Assembly (NCBI RefSeq): GCF_964213995.1
Contig: NW_027590385.1
Coordinates: forward strand, 124,001-188,000
Direction of reading: 5' to 3'
Length of the DNA stretch: 64,000 bases
Source: Mustelus asterias
Lineage: Eukaryota
Made by a program: the position numbers and the translations under genes. The stretch's first letter is position 1, and every line of letters begins with the position of its first letter. Positions 26,200 through 40,879 of the stretch are shown one piece after another. Under the pieces are notes generated by a model, which was given only the letters and a program-made list of their open reading frames with translations, was not told the DNA's origin and ran no database searches.

Positions 26200-27850
26200 T
26201 CCAGTCGTGAATAGTGATGGTCAATTGAACAAATAACAATTGAACAATAGCAGGAGCTTCAAGAAAAGTAACCGCCCTGAATGATGGTGATCCGGCACAT
26301 CAGAGCAAAAAACAAGACTGAACCATTTGCTACAACCTTTAGCCACAAGTGCCAAGAGGATGATCCATTTCGGCTTCCTCAGGGTGACTCCCAGCAGCGC
26401 AAGGCCAGTCTTCCGGCAATTTAATTCACATCACATGATCATGCTGAGTGCATTGGATACTGAAATGCTAATTGGGCCTGACAATATTTCAACACTAGTA
26501 ATTAAGACTTCTTCTCTGGAACTAGCTGTGTCCCAGCCAATATGTTCAAGTGCAGTTGCAATACTGACAGTTGCTCAACTATGTGAAAAATTGGCAGACA
26601 TGCCCTGGTGCAAAAACAAGGGCAAATACAACCCGGCCAATTACTGCCCAATCAGTCCTCACTCGATCACCACATTGAAAACTTTCAAGGATGATCCTAT
26701 CAAATGGCTTTGACTCAGCAATAGCCTGCTCAAAGATTTGGGTCCCGCCAGGAGCACTCAGTTCTAGAATGATTTACAACCAGTCCAAATATAAATAGAA
26801 TATTTAAATTAAAGAGCTTTAAATTAAAGGCAATTGACCGTGTGTGGTATTAAGGAGCCCGAGCAAAATGGGAAACGGGGAAAACAGTTCACTGACTGGA
26901 GTAATACTGAGCACAAATGATGATAGTTTAAGCTGTTGAAGGCCAATCATCTGAGTCACAGGGCAGTGCTGCAGGAGTTCCTCACGATAATAACCTTGCT
27001 CCAAGCCTCAGCCTTCGGCAGAGTTCAGAAGTGGGATGTGCACTGATAATGGCACAAAGTTCAGCACCAGTTGCGGGATTCCCCAGAGACTGAAACAGTC
27101 TGTGTCTATTTGCAGTAAGACTTAGAAAAGGTTCAGTCTTGGGCTAATGAGCGGCAAGTAACATTGAACTGCTCCAATAAGCGAAATTCCAAACATCTTA
27201 TCTTGACATTGAATGGTATTACACATTGCTAAATTCCTCACCACCAACAACCTGGTAATTATAATTAAAAATGAACTGAACTGAGACTGACACTTCAATA
27301 ATTTTGCTATATGAACAGATCAGAGGATCGGAGTTCTGCGGTGAACAACTCACCTACTAAATTTCCAAACCTTATCCATCAACCACAAGGCAAAAGTCTC
27401 AACTTGTCAAACTTGTGCCACTCAAAACGCTCCACACCCTCTGGGAAAAAGTATCTGTCTCGATGAACACCCCACCCACCACTTTAAACTTAACTCCCTG
27501 CTTCACAGATGCACAATTGTAGCATTGTGAACCATGAGCAAATGTACAGCAGCAAATCATTCCTCAACTACCAAACCCATTACTTCTGACACTTAAAAGG
27601 ACAAGGGTAGCAGATGCGTGAGAATACAATTACCTGCAAGTGCCGATAAGATCCACGCACCATCTTGACTGGGAACTATATCTCTAACCTTTCACTGTCA
27701 TTGGATCAAAAGTTTGAAACTCCCTCCAATTAGCACTGTGGGTTTACTTACTCAATATCGAATTCAATGGTTCAAGAACAAGGCTCACCACCACATTCTC
27801 AAAGGAATATAAGGTTTCACTGACTTTACCAGTAACACCAAATTCCCATT
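26200..27850 (+). mobile_element. Old degenerate LINE RT fragment
   Basis: ORF 26327-26713 (LSALDTEMLIGPDNIS...NPANYCPIS) is a decayed K..GPD.I / NYRPIS RT motif; paralogous to 39800-40810 and 42560-43700. Confidence 0.8.
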
Positions 27851-28716
27851 AAATAATCTAAAACATTTTTGTCTTCTTATATTCATTGAGCCCCTGCTTC
27901 TGTCTGTATTATACTAGGCCGTGCCTCGATCACGTTACAGCAGGACCTAGCTCAGCTTTCTCTGCACTCAGCTCGATATATCAGCTATTCATATACAATG
28001 CCAAGGCCCTATTTACATGATACTTTCTTAGTTATGACTGCATGGAACACAGTCTCGGTTAATTTGGCAAGAGGCTGTGTCTCAATTCTTACTACATCAG
28101 AACGGTTATCTGTATATCCGGAACTGGGATCACACCCTTCTTGCATTACACACTGTTCGGTCACAGTTCTTACGCTAATAGCTCACTAAATTCTAATAAA
28201 CTGGATTCTCTTTTCATTCATGCTACATCAGTCCATATATTTTTTATTGAACACCATGCTCTGTCTACAATGTTATTGTATTATGTGACTCCTCTAATTG
28301 CTGCATTGTCCATATCTCAGTGTGTACCATTCTAGATACCATATCAATAATTACTATAAATGCACTCTCTTTGTCTCAGTTTATTTCAGTCTATGTCCTG
28401 TATCAATAATTGATGCTAGGACATTAGGCTCCATCTCAGTTAATATCACACAAACCTCTGTATCCAGTTAAACTGCACGAGCCACCGTCTCGATTTTTCT
28501 TGTCAGAGACGAAGTCATTCACATTTCTCAATGTTTGTGTCATGGGATGTGGATGTCACTGGAAAGACAAGTGTTTAGCCTTTAGCTAGCCCACAAGGCA
28601 CTTGGCACTACCTCATTTCTATTTTACTGGATTAGGCCTCTGTTTAAATTAAAATTGACCCTGTCAGTGTTAAACTAATAGCTCATTAAATTCTAATGAA
28701 CTCGATCCTGACCAAA

Positions 28717-29572
28717 ACATAGTTTAGAACATAGAACATTACAGCGCAGTACAGACCCTTCGGCCCTCGATGTTGCACAGACCTGTGAAACCAATCTAAA
28801 GCCCATCTAACCTATACTATTCCAATATCATCCATATGTTCATCCAACGACCATTTAAATGCCCTTAATGTTGGCGAGTCCACTACTGTTACAGGCAGGG
28901 CATTCCACGCCCTTACTACTCTCTGAGTAAAGAACCTACCTCTGATATCTTTCCTATTTCTATCTCCAAGTGTGGATCACCCCTCAATTGAAAGCTCTGT
29001 CCCCTCGTGCTAGCCATCAACATCCGAGGAAAAAGGTTCTCACTGTCCAACCTATCTAATCCTCTGATCATCTTGTGTGCCTCTACTAAGTCACCTCTTA
29101 ACCTTCTTCTCTCTAACGAAAACAGCCTCAAGTACTTCAGCCTTTCCTCATAAGACCTTTCCACCATACCAGACAACATCCTGGGAAATCTCCTCCGCAC
29201 CCTTTCCAATGCTTACACATCCTTCCTATAATGTGGCGACCAGAACTGTACACAATACTCCAAGTGCGGCCGCACCAGAGTTTTGTACAGCTGCAACATG
29301 ACCTCATGGCTCCGAAACTCAATCCCTCTACCAATAAAAGCTAACACACCGTACGCCTTCTTAACAACTCTATCAACCTGGGTGCCAACTTTCAGGGATC
29401 AATGCACATGGACACCGAGATCTCTCTGCTCATCCACTTTACCAAGTATCTTACCATTAGCCCAGTACTCTGTGTTCCTGTTACTCCTTCCAAAGTGAAT
29501 CACCTCACACTTTTCCGCATTGAACTCCATTTGCCACCTCTCAGCCCAGCTCTGCAGCTTATCTATGTCCCA
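28717..29572 (-). mobile_element. CR1-type LINE 3' fragment
   Basis: ORF 28916-29209 ERVRRRFPRML...LERRRLRGDLVEAHKMIRGLDR. Confidence 0.92.
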
Positions 29573-30599
29573 ATGTATGTCCTATGCTCCAACCTATGTC
29601 CTATGTTTATATTACACTAGACACGATCCCTGTGTATATAATATTTAATCCGAATTTTGTCTGTATTTCATTCGATCAGGACATTGCTATTACTACACTA
29701 GACTATGCCTCTGTTGGAATTATGGCTGCATTATTCCACGGTTTTGCGCAGAGAAGAGATAAACGATACATTATTATGTTGCGATAAAAAAATATCGTAT
29801 GCAACAAGATGCTGAAATGGACAGTATGGATCAACAGTGCATGCCAAGCGGGGTATTGTAGTCACCAGAATAAGAATTTAGATTTCTTCTTCTGGTAGAA
29901 TGCCCAAGGCACATTTCTACTCCACAGAGTTGTATGTTGGATGATGCAGACAATTGTGTTCCCCAGCCACTTTCCACATTATTGGGCATTATAACTGAGG
30001 CCGTCTGCAATGTAATATAAATATGGACATGATCAATTGCAGAAGTGAGACCCAATCTAGTTTGATACAAATAGAGACAGGTCAAGATAATATAGATGAT
30101 TCGGGGTCTAGTTTAGTATAAGTAGGGACATGGGACGTGTAATAGAAACGGACACGGTTTCTTGTTTTATACGAACAAGAAAATATATTCTATTCAAGAT
30201 AAATAGAGACAGGTTCTAGTGTAATATAAGAAGAAGCAGGGCCTAATTCAATATGAACTGACACAGTGGCAAATATAAATATTGAAATAACATGCCACTT
30301 GGAGTACTGTGTACAGTTCTGGTCGCCACATTATAGGAAGGATGTGTAAGCTTTGGGAAGGGTGCAGAGGAGATGTAGATTGATAAATAAATTCCTTGTG
30401 CAATTTTGAGACAGGGTCTACTGTCCCATGAAATAGTCCCAGGGAAGAAGTAACATGGGACTAGGTATAGAACATAAGGCTCTCTCTTCATCGCCACATC
30501 AAACACTCTGAAGGGTGGTGCAGCACGGGTTAGATACGAAGAGAAATTCTCTGGAAACTGGCAAGCTTTCCCAGAACCGGTAGACTGTTTAGAAACACA

Positions 30600-31050
30600 G
30601 TGAAACTCCCTCTCCAAAGTCCGCTCAAACACAAAGAAGGCATGCAGATCAGGAGTTCTATGCTAGGAAATGTCTATTCTGCGCTCTCCCTTCGAGGTTC
30701 TCGAGGTAGGTAGCCATTGGTTGTTCGGCACAGGGTAAAGAGCCATCTTTGCAGTTCCATCAAACGCACCCAGGCCTCGTACAACAGAGATTGAATTTCC
30801 CATTACAAAGTCATATCGAACATTCGTGGGGCAGCTACAGTGCAGGTTAGATGCAGGGTAAATATTCCTATGCACTGTCGAATAAAAACCTCCAAGGGGA
30901 GGGATAACATGGTTTAGATCAAGGGAAAGTTCCTCCGCTACTGCCATATCAACTGCTTACCACTAAGAACAGCCCAGGTTAGGTAATGAGGAAAATCTCC
31001 ACTATAATTCTATCAGATATTCCAAGGTCATTGAACGCTCAACGTACTTT
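30600..31050. repeat. Degenerate ~65-70 bp minisatellite; paralog at ~44720-44990
   Basis: Periodic similarity (minus strand ctgtacctgtcctg..gtttga..ggacag..tagagggag..tt.ctctg.atctaa) in both duplicated blocks. Confidence 0.55.
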
Positions 31051-31849
31051 TTTGAGTCAAACGTCCTCTAGGAATTCCAATCAATTGAATTAGATCATTT
31101 TACACGCCTATGGCTCGGGCTGAAAGAATATATTGGGCAGATGTTGACTTCATGTTGTGGAGTGAAGACAATGATCCACCATGGAGAGACAAGACACAAA
31201 GAGAGATGAAACACAGGAAATCTTCACAAACACACTGGCCGTGTCATTTTATTCCGAGATTAGAGGGAACATTTCTTAATTCTGAACATAGATATCTAAT
31301 GACGTGACACAATGTCGAAAAGCAGTCGCTGCTCGAATCCGTTGATTTATTTACATGTTTGCCTTTATGTCTGTGCTGTTGGCGGGGAAATATTTGTTGT
31401 ATTTTTGTCAGTGAACAATCTTATTTGGGAATTCTACTTCTGTGTTTATTTACATAAATACCTAACTGGCAGCAATGCAAATTGTTTATAGCAGCACAAC
31501 CAAGTGACAACCAATCGCTTCTTTATTCAACACAATTGCAGTGTATTTGTTAGCATATCGGCAGTTGGTTCTTAATGAATAGAAATTTCTAGAACATTCA
31601 TTAGAGCAGATGCTATTTAATTTAAATAAAATATATATTCCAATTAAAATTAGTTTTGAAAGCTCTGATGTCACAACAAATAAAGCGTCTGTGAACAGGC
31701 TGGTATTCCACAATGTATCAATCTGATTGACGATAATCTAGATAAACTGAGCAAGTTAAAGCATGTGTGCAGTATCGCACTCACATCGAGAGAAGGATAG
31801 GAAACCCAGAATGAGTATCATTACAGAGGTACAGTTATATTTTCTGCGT

Positions 31850-32155
31850 CATGGCGACGGGAAGCGGGTTCGATTCCAGCCTTGGGTGACTGTGCATATT
31901 CTCCCCAAGTCCATGTGAGTTTAACCCGGGTGCTCCAGTTTTTGCCTACTGCCCAAAGATGTTCAGGTTAGTTGGATTGGCCATGCTAAATTGCCCCTAA
32001 GTGTCCAAGGATGTGTAGGATGGGGGGAATAGCGGGTGTATATGTGGGAATAGAGTAGAGGGTGGGCTTGGTAGGATGCTATGATGGTGAGCCAGTGTAG
32101 ACTCAATGGGACGAATGGCCTCCTTCTGCGCTGTAGGGATTCTATGATACTATGA
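31850..32155 (+). mobile_element. HE1-like SINE
   Basis: gggttcgattccagccttgggtgactg...ccttctgcgctgtagggattctatga. Confidence 0.85.
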
Positions 32156-33489
32156 TCAGGCAGAGAGGTAGCTGCAATTGCATTAATTCTTGGAGCTTTC
32201 AACATATCGAAAGTTGCGTTTTATAATGTGAACATTTGGAAATAACTTGCATTTTTAAAACGCTTTACCTGACCTTATGTCGTTCCAAAGCATTTATAAC
32301 TCACTGATGAATCTCTACTGAATTTAGTCACTGTTGAAATGTTAGAAATCCAGCAGGCTATTTGTGCACAGCAAGCTCCCATACACCGAAATATGATAAA
32401 TCACCAGTGCATTTGCGATTTTAGTTGAGGAATGGACATTTGTCCAGGATACTCGGAAGGCCTGTCGTACTCATAAGAATTATATCAATGTGAATTTACA
32501 TCCTTTCATCGACCTGGAATGTGAATCTCTCTCTCTCTGCTGATGCCCACTAACATGCTGAGCAATATTTCTTGTTGTTTTTGTAGATTTCCGTAATCTG
32601 CAGTACTTTGTCCTGTTTTAATTCATTCTCTGGATGTGAGCATTACTGACAAAATCAGCATTGATTGTCCATCCTAACAAGGCAGTCGTGAACTATTTTT
32701 TGTTTGAAAACCTGTCCTCTGGTGGGCTTTTTCATTGTTTGACTTTCTGGAGCAGCTTTGATACAAGTGGATGTCTTTTTCGGCTAAAAGTCATTTTCAT
32801 CGCTGTGGAAATGGAATCAAATGTAGGACAGATGGGGTAAACTTGGGAATCCTTGATCTTCAGGCTCTTAATTTCCAAAGCTAAGGTTTTGTTTGAAGTG
32901 TCTTTGGGCGGATAAAATTAATTAAGGGGAATTTCACAGTAGTGTCATTGCAGTGTTATTGTAAGCCTGACTTGTGACTATTCAATAAATAAATATTAAA
33001 AACGTATTAATAAATTAATTCGGAATCCCTGGGGGATTTGTGTTGGAGGATGATCCAGGACAACCGTCCTGAAGAAGACACTCTAGACCCTGCCCAATAA
33101 CCTGTCAGACTCAGGCCATAGAATTGCTGCCAACAGTGAACCCGCCGATTATTTAAATCAGTCTCAGGGAGTTTCCGGGACACCCTGTCGCTGCCTTTGG
33201 CTGAGTCAACACGACTCCGTCTGGCAACTGGGATTATTATATCAAAACCCCGAGGAATAATCCTGGTGAAATGATTACAGTCTCTGAAACATTGCAGACC
33301 AACACTGAGACAGTAACGTGAGATCCATTGTAATCTCTCTGCTGAACCTAAATGCGAAATTGCATTTGAGCATCTGTTAGTTAAAAAAAAAACATTCGAA
33401 ATTAAGTCTCTTTATTTCTGAAGCATTTGACAAATGAATTGACATAAACAAGATGAAATTACCTTATCAGGGAAAATGCATCAGTTGAA

Positions 33490-33805
33490 ACAGTTGGAAG
33501 CTTTTTCCCAGGGCAGAAATGACAATTAACAAGGGGGCACAAGTTCAAGCTAAGGGGGGAAAGGTTCAGTGGAGCTGTGCGGAGGAAGTTTTCTTTCGCA
33601 GATAGTGGTGGGGGCCTGGAATGAACTGCCAAGTGATGTGGTTGAGGCAGACACTTTAGCAATATTGAATACTTATCTGGATCAGACATATGAACATACG
33701 GGGAATAGAGGGATACAGGCGGCTGGTCGAGATAGGACAACGCGATCAGCGCAGGGTTGGAGGGCCGAAAGGCCTGTTCTATTGCTGCACTGTTCTTTGT
33801 TCTTT
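33490..33805 (+). mobile_element. CR1-type LINE tail
   Basis: FLSQIVVGAWNELPSDVVEADT plus tail. Confidence 0.85.
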
Positions 33806-34614
33806 GATTTGCAACAATTCCGTGTCTCTAACACATTACACAAACAAAACATAATTTATCAGATAAATTATTATAGATTCATGTGACTAGATGTGCGGAT
33901 GAAAGAAAGTGATGCTATTTGCAGTGCCGATGACTATCGCTGCAATTTGGGATTGGATATAAGAAGAAACTCCTTTTATTATATAATTTTTCTCCTTATA
34001 TTTCTCGAACAGCCACTTAACCCTGTGGAAATTAGCGATGAAATAAAGCCAGTTGACTTATAATTATATAGTGAGTTGACAGGGAAACATAAAATTGAAA
34101 TCAACTTTTGACAGAGATGTTAATGAATCGGAACGGACAGGGCGATCCGTAAAGTTCTCCTTCAGCATCCAAATCATTGCAGCTCATTTAATTGGCCACT
34201 GGCTGTCTAACATTCACTGGTATTCGGAACAAAAGATATCAGCGCTTTGTGGCATATTGCCCAATATCACGCGAATAAGTGTTTTGTCTTCCATTGAATC
34301 ACGTTCTGAACTTGTCATTTCTCCACTCATTGGCAGCTATGAGAGCGATGAGAGCAGCTATGAGAGCGATGTTCAAATCACATTGCACTGTAGAACAGTA
34401 CCCAGTGTTAAACAGGTACAAGAGACGCTGCCATTGAAATGATGTGCAGAACTCTGAGAATATCCCAGGAATCCCCGCTGTTCAAGGCGGTTTTATGGTT
34501 TTAATTTTATTTCTATTCCTTTTTTGCCACTACACTGATCTCATTAGGCTGGGGATTTGGGACGATCAACATTTCTCCCTCGCATTTTCATGAGGTTGTT
34601 TGCAAAAGGGCTTT

Positions 34615-34752
34615 AATTGCTTTGACAACGGGCCATCTGGACTCGAAACATCAGCTCCTTTCTCTCCTGACAGATGTTGCCAGACCTACTGAGGTTTTCC
34701 AGCATTGTCCTTTGGTTTCAGATGCCAGCATCCGCAGTAATTTGCTTTTATC
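34615..34752 (+). mobile_element. Penelope-derived short element with a degenerate hammerhead core
   Basis: gctttgacaacgggccatctggactcgaaacatcagc...acagatgttgccagacct; same family as 56205-56552. Confidence 0.7.
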
Positions 34753-36549
34753 CAGGCTTTAATTATTGGAATGACATTTACTTGGAAGTTGTACAAATAA
34801 AAAATCATCTTGCCAATTTATATTTTCCGATAGTGTTTAATCACAGGATGAACATGACATTTATTTAAAACATTTGTTTAGATGGTTGAGATGAGAATGA
34901 AACATTTATTTTTTAAATGGCTGAATCCTATTTTGTCCATTCAGATTCACGCTAATCTGTTCCACACAGTATTTGGCAGCAATCCAGCCTGCTGCCAAAT
35001 GCCCAAAGTTGTTTACAGGAAGCATCTTGGGGTGTTGTTCAGTAAATCAAAGATGTTTTAACTCAGTACTTAAGCCAACTTCAAACTCTTCGGATTTTCA
35101 ATGAGGACTCTTTATAAACAAATATAGCCTGCAATGGTACTGCAGACAATTAAATTTTCCGACGTTGTCAACCTATATGAATTATTCTCATCTCTCAAGA
35201 AAGGAAAGTTATCCAGCTTCTCTGACACGATACTGGTACCAAAGATGAGCTATCCAACAGATCTGAACATTGCGATGGACAGACAGAAATAAATATAGGC
35301 AGACTGTGATAGTTGACTCAGAGGGAGATTACATGTTGCATACATAATTATGTATGTTTGTATTTTCTTTCCCTTTCATCTTCCATGGGCTGTGGAAAGT
35401 CTTGCAACACCAGCATTTGTTTCCTCTCCCCAATTCCCTTGAAATGATTGGTTTTCTAGGCCGTTTCGGAAGGCATTGACGAGTCTGCCACATTTCTGTC
35501 AGTCTGGAGAAACATCCTGGTGAGAACAGGTGGCATGGCAGATTTCCTTAATTGGTGAATCAGAGAGGTTTCCATGATCACCATTCTTATGTATTCCAAA
35601 TGTATTAATTGAATTCAAATTAAACCAGCTGCCGCGGTCAGATTTAACTCGTGTCCCCATAGCATCAGCCTGGGCGTCTTGCATTAATATTGCACCATCA
35701 TCTTTCCTAAAATAAACAAATGGTTGTGTTGATGCAGGAATGAATGATATTTGGATGCCTGATTATTTTGTTTGAGGAACCAGTGAATGGAATGATGGAT
35801 GTAACGATCGATGATTTTTGAATTTTGCTGTTCTAGACGCTCATATTTGTGCTTGACTACTTCAGAAATTGATGCAGATTTTGTATTTCATTTGTGTCAG
35901 TCGATAACCTTCAGTCCTTCCAGCTTTTCTGGGTGAATTTCACCCCCGGGCTAACGGGAACAAACGAGCTGAACCTCTTTGAGAGGAGTCTGGAGATATT
36001 CCTGCGGCACTCATGTTTATGTATTTCCTCTGCTGATTGTCTTCATATCTTCATATCCAAGATAGAAAGAGGGAACATAATTAGGTTGAGGTGGGAGGAT
36101 TGTAATATTTGGAACATGTGGCCCTTTCATATGCAACAAATCACTCAGCTTATCATCAATCATATTGGGGAAGTAACAGGCTAAAAACTTAATAATATGG
36201 AACAGGAACATAGCGAAAGTTACTGGACAGATGCAATTTTTCAATTGCGTTCCAAAACAATGTAACAAAAAATCGGGATTTTAAGATTCCAAAACTCCAC
36301 ATAGGTAGAGACAGTTTCAGTTATACAGTCGCTTTAAAAAACGGATCGCACGCCCCAGTTATATATCGTGAGTTTCTGTGTGATGATGAGGTGATCACTT
36401 TTCAATGAAGTGCAGAGGCTGCTGGGTAGCTGGTCATTATCCTCGGTCTGAATTAATTTATTTTCCCATTGAATTCTGGAACAGATTTGATTCACAGAAA
36501 GGCCAATGTGGTCCCAATAAGTTTGAATCTCAATTAATTATATCAAAAG

Positions 36550-37520
36550 GTGCATGGTCCACTGTTATTTGTTATTTATATTCATGGTTTGGATGAGCAT
36601 TTATGGGGCATGATTAGTAGGTTTGTTGCTGACACCAAGTATGGTGGCTTAGTGGACAGTAAAGAAGGTTATCTCGGATTGCAACCGGGTCTTGATCAAT
36701 TGGGCCAGTGGGCCGATGAATGGCAGGTGGAGTTTCATTTAGAAAAATATGAGGTGATGCATTTTGGTAGCTCGATTCGGGGCCGGACCTACTCAGTTAA
36801 TGTTCAGGCGTTGGGGAGAATTATAGAACAAATAGATCTAGGAGTACAGATTTATAGCTCCTTGAAAGTGGAGTCACAAATAGACAAGGTCGTGCAAAAT
36901 GCTTGGTGTCATTGGTCAGAACATTAAATACAGGAGTTGGGACCTCTTGTTGAAGTTGTACAAGACATTAGTAAGGCCACACTTGGAATACAGTGTACAG
37001 TTCTGGTCAGCCTATTATAGAAATGATATTATTAAACCAGAAATAGTGCAGTAAATGTTTTTACTCGGATGCTACATTGACTTAATGGTTGAATTAGAAC
37101 GAGAGACTAGATCACAAGCACCCTTTTTCCCCTGGAGCGTCTGAGGCTAAGGGGTGATCATATAGAGGTCTATAAAATAATGAGGGGCATGGCTAAGGTA
37201 GGTAGTCAACGTCATTTCCCAAAGGTAGGGGAGTCTAAAACTAGAGGGCATATGTTTAAGGTGAGAGGGGAGAAATACAAAAGTGTCCAGAGGGGCAATT
37301 CTGGTGACTGTCCGGAACGAGCAGCTAGGGCATTAGTAGAGGCGGGTACAATTTGATATTTCAAAAAGCATCAAACTTTTGCATGTTTAAGATGAGTATA
37401 GAGGGATAGGGGCCAAATGCGAGCAATTGGGACCGGCTTCGTGGTAAAATCTGAGCGCATGGGCAAGTTGTGGCGAAAGGCCTATTTCTATGTTGTAAAC
37501 CTCGATGACTCTATAACTCT
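36550..37520 (+). mobile_element. CR1-type LINE fragment
   Basis: ORF 36550-36927 GPLLFVIYI...SRFVADTK...WQVEF. Confidence 0.9.
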
Positions 37521-37739
37521 AAATGAATTGAAATTATATTTTGTATCAAATAAAATGCTGCAAATAATTGGTGAAATTGTTTATATAATTGTGAATTGGT
37601 GATAATTTACAATAATTATTTAACTTTGTGAATTGATAATGATTAGTGAAAATTGCTTTTTAATCTTTTTGAATTAATAGTACGTTGTGAATATAATTAT
37701 CTATCTTTGTGAATTGATAATTGTTAGTAATATTCGCCT

Positions 37740-39080
37740 CAGGCAACGACCATCTCCAAAAGGAAGAAATCTCCCCATCGCCCCTTGGTACTCAATCATA
37801 TTGTGATAGCTGAAATACCCACTAAAACCTTCCTCGGCGTTACCATTGGCTAATCATTGAATGAACAAGAAATGCAAAGGCTCCGCTGGAATATCAAATC
37901 ATCCTGGTGTGAGTAACTCACCCCCTGACTCCCCAAGCCTCTTCGACATCTATAAGGCTCAAGTCAGTAGTGTAATGGGGTTCACTCCACTTGCTTGAAT
38001 GTGTGCACATGAGGCAACATTCAAGAAGCTTTACACAATTCAGGAGAAAGCAGCCAGCTTGACTGGCACAGAATTTGCAAACATACACGCCCTGTCCCAG
38101 AGACGAACAATAGCAGCATTGTGTGCCATATGTAAGATTCATTTCAAGAACTTGCCAAGGCTCCTTTGGTTGCACTTTCCAAACACACGACAGTTCCAAT
38201 CTGGAGGCACAAGCGGAAGAGGACCCTGGGGCACCACCTAGAAATTCCCCTCCAAGTCATTCATGGATCTGACTTGGAAATATATCGTCCTGATCTGTGG
38301 CCTAACTCCATGTACCTGCCCGAGACCCATAATCCTTGCTACCTCTGCTCTATAAATTATTGCCGATCTCAGATGTAAACCTAACAATTGAACCAGCATC
38401 CAGCGCCATTTGCGGAAGAGAAATCCAAATCTCTGCCACTCTGCGTATAGAAGAGTTCCATAAAGTCGCTCCTGAACGGCTTGGCACTAATTCTCAGAAC
38501 ACGACCCTTTGTTCTAGAGCCTTCAACTGGTGGAAACACTTTATCCTTATTCACCTTGTCCTTCAATGTAAATATTTTGTGGGCATCTATCAGAGATCCA
38601 CTTAACCTTCTGAATGCGGGAGAATAACGGCCTAATTTGTCTCATCTCTCCTCATAGCGTTACCCCTGTTATCCAGCTGCCATTCTTGTAAAACCTGCGT
38701 TGAACCCCCTCCAGAGCGACAACATCCTTCCATATGGTGCCCATGTCTGCTCACAGTACTCCAAGTGGGGTCTATCGAGGTTTTTGCAAATCTGCAGCGC
38801 AACATCTGTATCCCTAAACTACCGATCTTTTAGGCATGAAAGCCAGCATTCAGTTGACAAACTGGACTATTTTCGGCAGCTGCTCGTGACATTTTAAGCA
38901 GCTATCAACCCCCAAATCTCGTTGGACATCCACTATATTTAACTTTGTGCCTTCTGAAAATATCTTGATCTTCCTTTTTGATCCGAGATGGCTAAATTCA
39001 CACTTGTCTTTGTTAAAATCTATTTGCCAAAACTTTGCCCATTCACACAATCTATCAAAATCCTTAAACTGTCCTCAACA
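37740..39080. mobile_element. Old LINE fragment (+, ~37740-38290) abutting a CR1 fragment (-, ~38290-39080)
   Basis: ORFs 37999-38241 (KKLYTIQEKAASL), 38381-38566 and 38850-39050 (EWAKFWQIDFNKDKCE). Confidence 0.8.
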
Positions 39081-39084
39081 GTAT

Positions 39085-39500
39085 CGTAAGAAGTCTCACA
39101 ACACCAGGTTAAATTCCAACAGGTTTATTTGGTGGCAAATACGATAAGCTTTCGGAGCGCTGCCCCTTCATCAGATGGAGTGGATATCTGTTCTCCAACA
39201 GTGCACAGAGACACAGAAATCAAGTTACAGAATACTAATTAGAATGCAAATCCCTACAGCCAGCCAGGTCTTAAAGGTACAGATAATGTGGGTGGAGGGA
39301 ACATTAAACACAGGTTAAAGAGATGTGTATTGTCTCCAGACAGAACAGCTAGTAAGATTCTGCAAGATCAGGGGGAAAGCTGTGGGGGCTACTGATAATG
39401 TGACATAAATCCAACATCCCGGTTTAGGCCATCCTCATGTGTGCGGAACTTGGCTATCAGTTTCTGCTCAGCGACTCTGCACTGTCGTGTGTCGTGAAGA
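39085..39500 (-). mobile_element. Penelope-like element 3' end (GIY-YIG C-terminus plus pLTR with hammerhead motif)
   Basis: Minus-strand peptide RVAEQKLIAKFRTHEDGLNRD fits the PLE endonuclease end. Hammerhead core at 39142-39178. Confidence 0.85.
39142..39178 (-). ncRNA. Minimal type I hammerhead ribozyme motif
   Basis: Minus strand: ccat-CTGATGA-a-ggggc-agc-gctcc-GAAA-gctt-atcg. Core intact, 5-bp stem II, palindromic AAGCTT at stem III, stem I 3 of 4 paired. Confidence 0.7.
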
Positions 39501-40042
39501 TGCATTCTAAATACATTAATATCAAAGATCAAACCTGACAGCCATATATTCACAGTAGCTGCAATTACAGGGTTTGGCACGCAGATGGAATTGAAAGCTT
39601 GATGGTTTGAATTACATGAAGCAGGCACAGCCTCAATAAATATAATACTGGGCCCCGGGTCTGTTCATTTTGAATTGTGCTCCATATGTATTTATGTTAA
39701 AATAGGCTCTGCCTCTGATTATATTACACGACACCCTATTTAAATTAATATTGCAAAAGTACACGTCAATGTTTGCATCAAATAATCACTCTGATCCGAT
39801 TTTTTTACAGCAGGATCGAAATTTTCAGTTTCGTCACATGCCGCCCTAAATGGTGGTGGACATTTAAACAAATAACCAGAGCAGAAGCCTGAAATAAAAA
39901 CCCAATTTTTAATGACGCGGAACCCATGAAGTTAATGCAAAAAAGCAAGGATGAAACATTTGCTCCCATCTTCAGCCTGAAGTGCTGAGAGGATGATCCA
40001 TCTTGGATCACATATCATAGATGTGATGCTATGTCCCTAGCA

Positions 40043-40403
40043 TCACATATCATAGAAACCCTACATAGAAACCCTACAATGCAGAAGGAGGCCATTCGGC
40101 CCATCGAGTCTGCACCGACCACAATCCCACCCAGACCCTACCCCCATATCCCTACATATTTACCCGCTAATCCCTCTAACCTACGCATCTCAGGACTCTA
40201 AGGGGCAAATTTTAAGTGCGGCCAACCAACCTAACCCGCACATCTTTGGACTGTGGGAGGAAACCGGAGCACGCAGAGGAAACCCACGCAGACACGAGGA
40301 GAATGTGCAAACTCCACACAGACAGTGACCCAAGCCGGGAATCGAACCCAGGTTCCTGGAGCTGTGAAGCAGCAGTGCTAACCACTGTGCTACAGTGCCG
40401 CCC
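40043..40403 (-). mobile_element. Full-length HE1-like SINE inserted in an old LINE
   Basis: Near-identical to the copies at 25067-25410 and 61975-62319. Confidence 0.93.
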
Positions 40404-40879
40404 ATATACCAGTCTCCAAGCAGTTCAATTCACATTACATGATAACATAGCAACATAAAAACAGGAGTAGGTCAATCAACACCTCGAGCCTTCTCCGCCA
40501 TTCAATAAGATCCTAGCTGTTCTGCGATCTAACTCCATGCTGAATGCACTGGATGCTGCAAAGATTAGAGGCACTGACAATATTTCTGCAATAATGACGA
40601 TTTGTGCACTGGAACTAGCTGCCCCCCAGCCAAACTGTTCAACTACAGCTGCAACACTGTTATATAGCCAACAGTGTGAAAAATTGACAGACATGCCCTG
40701 TCGCAAAAGGCAGAACAAATCCAACCCAGCCAAATACCGCTGCATGAGCCCCCACTCGATCAACATGATGGAAAGTGTCAAGAATCATCCAATCAATTAG
40801 TTTTCACTCAGCAACAATCTGCTCAATGATCCTCCGTTTTGGTCCCACCAGGAGCATATTGGTTCCAGAAATAATTTAA

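Noticed and set aside
34335-34372. 21-bp tandem duplication gcagctatgagagcgatgaga
   Set aside because: Simple slippage duplication with no further structure.
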